Source: Podarcis vaucheri (taxonomy: Eukaryota). From it: DNA of 64,000 nucleotides. The DNA lies in the NCBI GenBank assembly GCA_965113315.1, contig OZ220364.1. The stretch is one strand, 5' to 3'. Below are positions 54,801 to 64,000 of the stretch, one piece after another (positions within the stretch are counted from its first letter, which is position 1; every line of letters starts with the position of its first letter). Made by a program: the position numbers and the translations under genes. Below the pieces are notes generated by a model. The model was not told where the DNA came from, ran no database searches, and saw nothing but the letters and a program-made list of their open reading frames with translations.

Positions 54801-57800
54801 TAGGGATGACATATACCCCACAGGCCTATGGTTCCTCATCCCTAGTCTAACGAGCTCAAAATATGAGTTTGCATGAAGTCATCTCAGCCACTTATCAGCC
54901 ATCACCAATTTTCAGCATTACAAGGACATGAATAACTGGTTTATTCTCTGGTTCAGTCACAATTTCCAACTTCACTTAAGCTCACTTGGCTTCAAGTTTC
55001 AACAAATGACTTAGTTAACTTTCCATATAAGGGGCCCTTAACAAGTTGTTCCTGCATATCACTAGGTAGGACAGTACCCACCACACCCCAATTTAATAGC
55101 CACTCAATTCCAATGCACCATAGAGAGTCAACAGTGTAAACAATTGCTACTAGCAGAATAGCGGCAAAGCCAGCAATAGAGCAATGTGTGAGTTACCTCA
55201 ATCAGTCCCACCACCCAACCATAGGCCATTCATAAGGCAGCAGCAGCAGCAGATTGGGTTGGGTCCATAAACATGCGTGGCTGTTTCAGGATCCAGCGAC
55301 AATTGGGGGCAGGGAGAAGACTACAGGGGCTAGAGAAAGAGAGAGAGAGAGAAAGAAACAAACAAACAGGGGAGAAGGAGAAAAAATAGCATGCCTAAGC
55401 TCACTTCCCATGCCATGATACAGCCCTGGCTAGCATGGCAATAAGATGGTAGCCAATTCACAATTACTCAGAAGGGCTTAACAATATGCAAAAAATAAAA
55501 AATAAATCGCAGGTGGACTGAAAGGGTGGGTGGGGGAGAGAGAAGTAGAAGCAGCAAAGGAAGAGGGACAGGATGCAAGGCCACAGAGTGTCAACATAGG
55601 GGCGAAAAGCAGAAGGAACTGAGAAAAGTGTGGCCTTTGACCCTTCTCTGCACACTCTTGAACAACTTGAATACCTCCCTGCTTGCTGCTCAAGAAAACC
55701 CTGTGTGTCTGCTTCATGGGATATAGCTTGTCGTTGTTATTTGTTCCCCAGGACTACCTTGAAGACAGGATCACCAGATCTCTGTTAGACATATTCTTCA
55801 AGAGACAAGCTGCGAGAATCCCCTAACCACTGCCCAAAAGTAGGACTACAGCTGCCTAACAGTACTGTTTACCAATTCAGTTGTTTAAGGTCTGTACTAG
55901 TTACTATAAACAACAGGGAGTTCTGCACTGAATGGGATATGGCATAGTGCAAGGTGAGGTCAGGGACTGGCAAAAAAAAAAAAAAGAGGACCAAACAGAA
56001 AGAAATCATTTCTGCAAAAGTGCAGAATGAGACTTGGGAAAACCTGAAGAGAATTTTGGAGAGAGACTTGTAAGAGGAAAGCCAAGGTGTTCTAAATGAA
56101 GGGATGAGCAGAAAGCAAAAAGAAGAGAGGGCAACAAAAAGCCAATATAAAATGAGCTTAAGCAGATAAAAAGCACAAAGGACCTGAAAAGAGACGTGAG
56201 ACAATGACTGCTGCAGCAATAGAGGGATAATACAAAATATACACAAACCATGAATTTTTCCAGCAGGTCAACTGCATGTTGCATTACACAAACCAGCCCA
56301 GCATGCAGCCCAGCATGGAGTGACCCTTTCCTACCTTACAATCTGCTTACTGTTCACAGTATGGCTCAAGATAGCAAGCGTGGGTTTTAAGAGGCTTGCC
56401 TCTGGATTCATGACCATGAGAAGCAAATCACACATTGAAGGCACACCCAATTCACATTGAGACTAAGTGTATCCACAAGCAATTTCCTATCCCACCTTTG
56501 TGCAAATGGCAAAGATGCAGCTTGGTCTGTAAGCTATACAGAAAACATCATTAAGCCAGGCACAAAGGCAGCCAGCAGAGCTTCTACTTTCATTTCCCCT
56601 CCCAAACGTCTGAAGGACTCAGCTGCTTATGTGGATTTAGTTTTGCACATGAAAGATGTACCACACTTTGTCCTAATCACACTTAGTCACATCTAGGTTA
56701 GACTGCTGTCTTGAGGTCTGTCAGGGGCTGCCTTTGAAAAAGGTACTAGAAATGCAGCTGTTAGATTGCAACTGGTGCAGGCTGCAGTGAACATAACACT
56801 TCAGTTTTGCAACAACTTCATTGCCTAACTCCCTGTTTATTTCACCTAAACAATCTCTGTGCAGGATAATTTAAGGATGACCCTGATCCTCCACAATCCA
56901 AAGTATGGGGGAAGGTGGCATAGAGCAGGGCTTTCTTTGCAGTGGCTCCAAATCTCTGCAAAAAGAGTAGGAACATGGTTGACCATACACTATTTAAAAC
57001 CTCACAAATGCTCAAGGCAGCATAGCTCCTGAAACTTTTCAAACAAACAGCCCTTAACTAGAGCTGGACTGATATTTTTGGCACAGCTCTTTTTGCCCAT
57101 TTGCAGGGGAAGGGCATAAAGGGCTAGAATTTCTGAGAAAGTTCTCTCAGTGGAAAGAGTGGAAGGGCCTTACCTTACATTTTATAATGAAATTACCAAG
57201 AATGTGTATCATTTCAAACATTCCCAAGTTTGTCTTCCTGTACTTGATATGACAGAGGAAGAGAAACCTTGTAGTCCTTCACATTCTCTATGGCAGTGGT
57301 TGAGAAAACTCCAGCCCACAGTTTAATTTGTTCTGCCAGGAGTCCTTAATATGGCCTGTGAGGCCATTTTTCCTAAGCCATGCCCACCTGCCATCATATA
57401 TGATGCCATATATGAGGTAACGATGCAAGAGAAAGGAATAACCAGGAGCCTTAGAATATACTCCCAACTACTCTTTGGCAAGTGGGGCTTGTATGCAGCA
57501 CCTATTAAATTTGGCTGATCAGCACCAACTTCAAGCCTCGCTGCAATCTTGTTTGGCGACACAGTTTGACTTTGAGCTGTGTTGCCTAGGAAAAATGGGT
57601 CACCTGACATTGTGATATCAAGTGACTGACAAGTGGGCAGGACTTTGACACTACAGCTGTCAAAGTGTCCCACTGCAGATGGGGGAGCTAAGGATCTGGC
57701 TTACCAGCCAAATTCTATTTCCCACCACTGCCCTATAGTTTAAAAAATAAAAAATTGGATCAGGACAACTTTGTGCAGGAATGGGTGAGTTAACCCAACC

Positions 57801-59437
57801 CTTCCCCTTCATGATCTTACCTAAATCAGCGCATACACAACAGCATGACAGTTAACACTCAGGGGGGAAAAGTCCTGTTGACCCTAAACCCTCTGCCTCC
57901 TCATTCTAAGAAGTAAAGTGAGTCCAAGCCCACCACTACCCACAAAAATTTCTTCTGTCCATCTTGAAATCTAATGGAAAACATATTCATTTTCCTAAGG
58001 GGACAAATGGTCCAACAAATATGAGGGTGGGAGTTCAGCTCACCGCCATTACTAACCAACATTCTGTTAGACATGCGTGGTAGCCATGATGGAATACTCC
58101 CGAGTTTCACTGATGGCATGTGAAGGCTAGGTTGTTTCTTACTTAACAAGCTTCACTTAACTCTTGGGAAGAAACCAAAGCATGAAGTGTCACAGTAAGC
58201 CAAACAAATCTGACCTCATGATGCCTTGCTTATTTTGAGTGATGTTCCACTATTTGCTATTAACACCTTTCCCCAACTGTACAGAACACTCTAAAGGGCC
58301 CACTACAATTTCTTGAAGGTTGCCAAGCCAGCTTCCTAGTGCTACAGCTTAGGTGCCAAACTGGAGAACATGAAAGCTCAGATTCGCATCCTCAGAGGGT
58401 CAAGGTATCCTGTTCTCTGGCTTAACAAGAGGCCTGTAGATGATGGGCTTCCTTAAGTTGCACCCTATATCCACAGGAAATATGTCCATAGGCCAAAGGT
58501 TGGAAGCTTTTGTCTATTAGCATACAAACTACATCCCTGAAACATTGAGCACAACCAGAACTTACGCTTTGTCATAGAATGTCGTGTGTCCTGAATGACA
58601 GAACTTCATGCCATTGCTGTTTATCATGCTGCTGTTTATGTTCCCTGAAATGTAAGATTTCCGCGATGCCTGGTCCTTCGCAAAGTTTCTACAAGCAGCT
58701 AATTTCGATTCCAAAGCCTGAGAAAGAAGTAGATAACAGAGTTTTTTATTTAAAGTAATTTGCCTTAATGAGGGAATAGGAGAAATAGAATCAACATCAG
58801 CAGATTCAACAAAATATAAGATGGAGCAATGACTCAGGGCAGTCAGTCAATCTTTTGATTCCACTTATGTCACATTCTTAGTAAGAGAAGCTGATTTGAA
58901 AAATCTGCTCTTGAATAGAACATGGATTCCCAAATGCAGGACAGGCCAGAGTTCTTCAGAGGAGAACTCCCCTACTGAAAAGCCAAAATGCCCTTCGAAA
59001 TGTTAAAAATAGTAGAAATTTAAATTTGCATCATTTTATGAGGAAATCTTGGAAAAGCTGGGAGCAGCTGGCAAAAAAGGTAAGCACTAGAGGCATTTGT
59101 TACAGGAAAATAGGAATACTAGAAGAATATGCAAATAACCATCAGAACTGGGATGTGACTGGAGAGACAACAGACTATAGGAGGATATTCTGAGCTAACA
59201 TCTTTAATGGGATTTGTGAGATGAATGCTCTAAGATTTCATTAAGCATTGCCCATCCACTTTTGCGCCCCTCAATGCACACACACACACACAGAATTCTG
59301 CAATGGGCAGGGTGAGAGGGGGGTAAAGAGAAGACAACAACAGCTTGCCACTATCTAGGGTGAGTAAGCCAGGAGCACACACACTGGTTCCCAAGAGAAC
59401 TAATTCCATCTCTCTCTCTCTCTCTCTCTCTCTCACT

Positions 59438-59493
<56 letters not shown>

Positions 59494-61185
59494 TCAAACA
59501 TCTTGAAGCAGATACCTTCATTCACAATGCTATTAACAATACATTTGTTTCAATTAGCATCCTTGTTTACAGTCCATCTCATAACAAAGAGTGTGACAGA
59601 ATCAGTATGCAACAGTATCAATGAAAAGTCCTAGGCTGCTTTAAACATAGCCTGGAACTCTGAAAGAGAGAATAAATAAGTCATGATAGTAAAGAAAGGC
59701 TCTTACCCCAACTTTCCTTAGGAGATCACCTACAATATTGAGCGCAGATATTCTGGCAGAGGGAGTAAGGGGACTGGTACCAAAACCGTTGGGAAGAGCT
59801 GCAGAAGGGAAAAGACAACAGACTAGTCACATGGATGTACATATGAACAAAAAAGGAAAATGAAGAGCATGCCTACTCATGTTCCCTGGCCCCAAGAACA
59901 GTTGCTCTCTGGGAAAATATCACCTCTACACGTATTTATGAAGACCAACTATCTCAGTCTGTTCCCTAAAACCTTATCTCACAATCTTCAAATATCTACA
60001 TTTCCATTATATGGGATAGGATTTTATAACGAAAACAAGAAGCAATGGAAAAATAACCAACCATTTTATTTGTATGCCACCTTTACAAAGTTAAAAACAT
60101 GCTGAAGGCAGCTTATAAAAAATGTAACAAAAATAGTCATAAAAAAGAAACAAAACATAAAAAGTATACAACCAAACTGAACGATTTCCACATAAATAAG
60201 ATACAAAATAAAGATGCAAAAAAACCCCCAGCAACAGCAGCAACACATACACACCACGAAAAACCCGATCAAGATTCTTTCAGCAGCCTCAGCTTTTGTA
60301 GCTGGAGTCAGTCAGGGTCACACCCTCCCAGACCAGGTGGAAAAAAATAAGTCTTAATTAATACACAAATAAATCTTTGTTGCTTTATATGGCTCAAAAT
60401 TTGTTCTTTAATTTCTACTCTAAGACTGGCCCACTATTTCTACATTACTATAGCTGTGCAAGAACTGTGCAAGTTCTACATTCACACACAATGTAAACAG
60501 TAGATCATTCAGAGCATAACATGTGTATTGTGTTCTACCTTTTGGAGAGGGAAAGCTGTTCTCACAGCTTTTCCCAACAGGTGTTGCCGGCAGTGAGAGT
60601 GATGCTTGGACAGCTGAATCCATCTTCTCACAGTCCAAGGTTGGGGAACTAGGAGCTGACTTCCTGGTCACTTCCTGTTGCCTTTCCCGTACTGCTAATT
60701 CTTGTCTTAAATCTGTGAGTTTGAAGAAGAATATATTGCAGATGTGTCCCATTACACAGAGAACACATCCACCTTACCCTCCAACTTCTGTTGTACTCAT
60801 TTCTCTGGAGATTCCTACCATCACAGTAGGTTGTAAAGGCCGAATGAGACACAAACCAGAACGTTGGCTGGAGCTGCATGACTTGATCTCAAAGCCTAAC
60901 TTGGACAAGACTTCCTTTGAACTAAAGCTTGACGTCAATAATGAACAATTTCCATTGTCTATCAATGCAAGTTACACAGAAGTAGCATAACTAATAAGCC
61001 TTAAGCAAAGGCAAACTGCCCATCAGGTAAATTCACCTCCCTCCTCTCACTAGCTTTTATGAATGTACTCCTTGGCAATCAAGCATCTGCTTGGCTGACA
61101 CAGTATATTCATATTTTGAATAGCACCTCACACTTCCATTGTGGCCAGGAGCTGAGGCTGCCTCAAAGCAAGCAAGCAAGCAAGC

Positions 61186-61228
<43 letters not shown>

Positions 61229-64000
61229 GGAGCCCAGTCAGCCAGTCAAAGTTACTTAATATGTATTTCCTCATCAAATCTGGTCTGCTGATGTCCAATA
61301 AATCGTTGATTCATGTTCTGAAATATGATAGCCACTACATAAAGCATGACTGGGAAACCTTTTTGCCTCCACAGGTCAAATCCTTATCAGAAATCCTTAT
61401 CAGGATCAGCCTTGTAAGCCAAATATGACATGACATCATTATGACATCACATGATTGATAGGTGGGCAACCCCACCCATCTCTCAAAATACCTTGTGTGA
61501 ACTTTCCAGGCACTCACCTGGCTGTTTGGAGCTTGGAAACCAGTAGTAGTTCAAAGCCCTTTTACTGTTTCTATGAACCTCCCAGTATGGCTAGGCAATA
61601 CCTGCTTTCCAACATCCTAATATATCGCCAGCTAAACTTCACGATATGACAATATATTATGATTTGGCTTACATTTGTACCCACGGTTCATTCTAAAAGT
61701 TCCTATTTATTCCTTCACAACCAGATTCCATCTTCATTAACTAAGCATTAATTTAGCAATACCTCTTGCTTCATCCTTCAGCCTTTGTACAGAAACTAGC
61801 AGAGATTCCTTGTCATCTAACTCGCTTTCCAAAAAGGCATTTCTCTCAATGGCCTGATTCAGTCTTTGTTCAAAGTCTTCCAAGGAAACAATTGTGGCCC
61901 TAGACACACACAGAGAAAAACAGAGGATACAGCTCTTCAGTGCACATTCAAGAGTCACTTCTAAAGCTATCATATTATAAGTCATGGTTAGGTTGTGGTC
62001 AGCAAACTTTCTGAATTTATTTGCAAGGATGCCCTAAACCCCTGAGAGCAGGATTTCATTTTAAAGGTGTTTGCGGCTCCTATTCATGATGTACAATGTT
62101 GTTGTTGTTTAGTCGTTTAGTCGTGTCCGACTCTTCGTGACCCCATGGACCAGAGCACGCCAGGCACTTCTGTCAATGTACAATATTTAACTATTATATA
62201 TACTTAACTATAAATAAAATAAAATAATATTTTTTGGCACATTTGGTGCCAACCTGATCCTGTGGGCTGTAGATGTAGCAGAAATCATTGACCACTTTCC
62301 TCACAGAACATTCTGAATGCTAATTTATCATTCTGGAGAGAATCAGTCCAACCAGGCACAAACACTACACACGTACATATATTTTTTTATGGGGACTGTG
62401 CAAAATAATTTGTTGTATAAATGGAAATTATAGTCATTGCGTGTTTTACATTAACGCTTCAAAATTCAATCATATTTTTTGCTAACCCAAGAGGCTACCA
62501 CATGAAAGAGGTTTTGGAAATATGATAAGCACTGTTGATGTTTTAGTTACACAACTGCATCAGTATCAATTCACTATTTATAGCATACAAGGTTCTTTGG
62601 AAGCTACTGAAACAAAAACCTGAGCAGCAAGGCAATATAAGGAAATATCTGTCTCAGGAAGGGAACAGACTACCACCCAACACCATGACCCTTACCTCTT
62701 AGCACGCTCAAGGTCATCATTGGATTGCTCTAGCTCTCTCACATATTTATGCAGCTGGTCTTTGATTGCCCGGGTCTGACTCAAGTCATCCTCCAACAAA
62801 GACACTTGCTTGTAGCTTTGTGAATACTGGTGCTCAAGCTTCTCCTGAAAGCACAAGAGTATTAAGTATTCTGCTGCTTTGAAATTAACAAAGTGATTTA
62901 GAAGCATTCCTGCTATCCCGTGCTACTTCCTCAAACTCACATTCATATTTGCAGATACATTTACAGACTACCTAGCCTATATAAGCAGACCAAGTGACAC
63001 CCAGCAGGACTTAACCAATTTCCTTCTCTTTTTCTCGTCAATGCCTACCACATTTCTGAAAAGCAAATTCACATATGAGATGTGTAGCTACAAAAGAGCC
63101 CCTCAGCTAAGAGACTCATACTGATAGGGACAGCTTGTCTTAAGGGGTGTAGTGGATACAGTATGCTCAAGCCCTCATCAAAGACCATAAAGCAAGCATG
63201 TTTTTTCATTATACTGGATGGTTGTAAGTAACCAAGTACTCTTAGTACAGAAGATCCAAGTTACAGTATCTTTAGGTTTATGGGAGAGAATGCAAATCTC
63301 CAGAAGCATGTCAAGGCAGTATGGCAGTTCACTGTGTCTTTGAACTGCAACTAAACTCTTATAGCCTTGCAACCAGAGTGCTGCCAACAGCAATGCATAC
63401 ACCTTTCAGATAGGATTCTGCCAAAACATCTTCTCTTCCAATAGTGTACTCATAGCACCAAGCAGTCCTTTCACATATAAAAGGCATTAGAATACACCAA
63501 TGTTCACTCTTAAAAGCCCTTTAATAGACATAAAGCACTAGTTTTAAGCTCCAGGGCTTGTTAGGCTGCTCACTTTCCAGTGACTTTCGAAAATCTGGTG
63601 GGCTAGGAGACTATAAAAATAAGAAAAAGGATAGGCCGCAATTAACTGGCCCTGAAACCTAAGTGTAGCTTTAGAGCAATGTCATAGAATCATAGAATCA
63701 TAGAGTTGGAAGAGACCACAAGGGCCATCGAGTCCAACCCCCTGCCAAGCAGGAAACTTGTCTTGATAATGAAGTGAGCTATAAATGCAACGATAATTTC
63801 CTATTCCAGATTTGCCTCCACCAACACTGCTAACAGATGCAGTTGTACCTTTAAAGTTTCCACTTCTTGCTTTAATCTTTGGTTGTCTGCTTGCAAGTCC
63901 CGGTTCCTCTGTTCAGCCTGTACCAGCTGAGCCTCCAACTCTGCTTCCAGTTCTCTGCTGCCCTCCTGAAATTCTGCCAGCTCGTCACGGGCCTCCTGGA
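48721..64000 (-). CDS. NDEL1: Nuclear distribution protein nudE-like 1, multi-exon, 5'-partial
   Basis: Exons 63849-64000 (cut by window edge), 62696-62844, 61763-61899, 60539-60712, 59707-59798, 58566-58717, 48721-48811 join in frame. NudE coiled coil, S/T-P sites ([24 protein letters not shown]), RISALN and AACRNF. The C-terminus GMLPLSV is typical of NDEL1, not NDE1. Confidence 0.97.
49956..50185. mobile_element. Tc1/mariner MITE, family A
   Basis: TA|CAGTGGTACCTCGCAAGACGAA...TTCGTCTTGCGAGGCACCACTG|TA. Confidence 0.9.
51795..52325 (+). mobile_element. Older Squam3-like tRNA SINE interrupted by the Sauria SINE
   Basis: TCTGCTTTGC..GAAGGTCCCAGG..TCTCCAGGTAG on the left continues as CCTGCCTGAAACCCT..CAGTGTAGACAATA..GAGCTA..GGACCAATG on the right; boundaries approximate. 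Confidence 0.7.
51861..52222 (+). mobile_element. Full-length Sauria SINE
   Basis: GGGACGCGGGTGGCGCTGTGG head, B box GGTTCGAATCC, (ACCTTT)n tail, 13-bp TSD TAGAGCTGGGAGA, CpG-rich. Confidence 0.92.
53832..53856 (-). CDS. NDEL1: Candidate NDEL1 alternative 25-nt exon resembling the FMGQ-isoform exon
   Basis: tttttggatag|GTCAGATTCCCTGCGCATTTCATGG|gtaatt; one frame reads VRFPAHFM(G), compared with mammalian VIFPTLFMG recalled from memory. Confidence 0.55.
58566..58717 (-). CDS. NDEL1: NDEL1 exon [12 protein letters not shown]...FYDK
   Basis: ctcag|...|gtaagt, 152 nt, ends in phase 2. Confidence 0.95.
59406..59492. repeat. Compound (CT)n(CA)n(GA)n microsatellite forming an inverted repeat
   Basis: Seen directly. 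Confidence 0.9.
59707..59798 (-). CDS. NDEL1: NDEL1 exon [12 protein letters not shown]...LRKVG
   Basis: tgcag|...|gtaaga, 92 nt. Confidence 0.95.
60539..60712 (-). CDS. NDEL1: NDEL1 exon DLRQELAV...FPSPK
   Basis: cacag|...|gtagaa, 174 nt. Confidence 0.95.
61166..61228. repeat. (AAGC)n(AAAG)n tetranucleotide microsatellite
   Basis: Seen directly. Confidence 0.9.
61763..61899 (-). CDS. NDEL1: NDEL1 exon ATIVSLED...KDEAR
   Basis: tctag|...|gtattg, 137 nt. Confidence 0.95.
62098..62175 (-). mobile_element. 5'-truncated RTE/Bov-B LINE 3' end
   Basis: Minus strand ...GGGGTCACGAAGAGTCGGACACGACTAAACGACTAAAC(AAC)n; 9-bp TSD ATGTACAAT. Confidence 0.82.
62696..62844 (-). CDS. NDEL1: NDEL1 exon EKLEHQYS...ERAKR
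   Basis: ttcag|...|gtaagg, 149 nt. Confidence 0.95.
63683..63757 (-). mobile_element. CR1 LINE 3' end fragment
   Basis: (ATTCTATG)n tail on - strand with preceding GGGTTGGACTCGATGGCC...TCTTCCAACTC. Confidence 0.8.
63849..64000 (-). CDS. NDEL1: NDEL1 exon [10 protein letters not shown]...VETLK (runs off window)
   Basis: Open frame; donor aag|gtacaa on - strand. Confidence 0.94.

Overview
Vertebrate genomic DNA, most likely from a squamate and probably a lacertid lizard. This is inferred from Sauria-SINE, Squam3-like, Bov-B and CR1 repeats. Two convergent genes fill the window. On the + strand is MYH10 (non-muscle myosin heavy chain IIB), running from the loop-1 alternative exons (810) to the stop codon (45078) and a poly(A) signal near 46438. 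The 5' exons, including the P-loop, lie upstream of the window. All 35 constitutive exons could be joined in frame by hand. On the - strand is NDEL1, from a coiled-coil exon cut by the window edge (64000) to the ...GMLPLSV stop (48721), with a 3'UTR to about 47590. Almost all ORFs in the supplied track are exon read-throughs, antisense shadows or chance. The notable RNA-level features are: a two-part loop-1 insert (30-nt GC-donor exon plus 18-nt SGSLLY microexon) with UGCAUG clusters; the B2 loop-2 exon; a U12-type intron; a Penelope-like insertion carrying a minimal hammerhead ribozyme core; inverted MITE pairs able to form intronic dsRNA; adjacent miR-124/miR-142-3p seed sites; a palindromic bidirectional poly(A) hexamer; and a cluster of candidate cassette exons in the last NDEL1 intron that would swap the C-terminus. 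That cluster is the best candidate for something undescribed, but it is unverified without RNA data. I see no evidence of a novel protein-coding gene.
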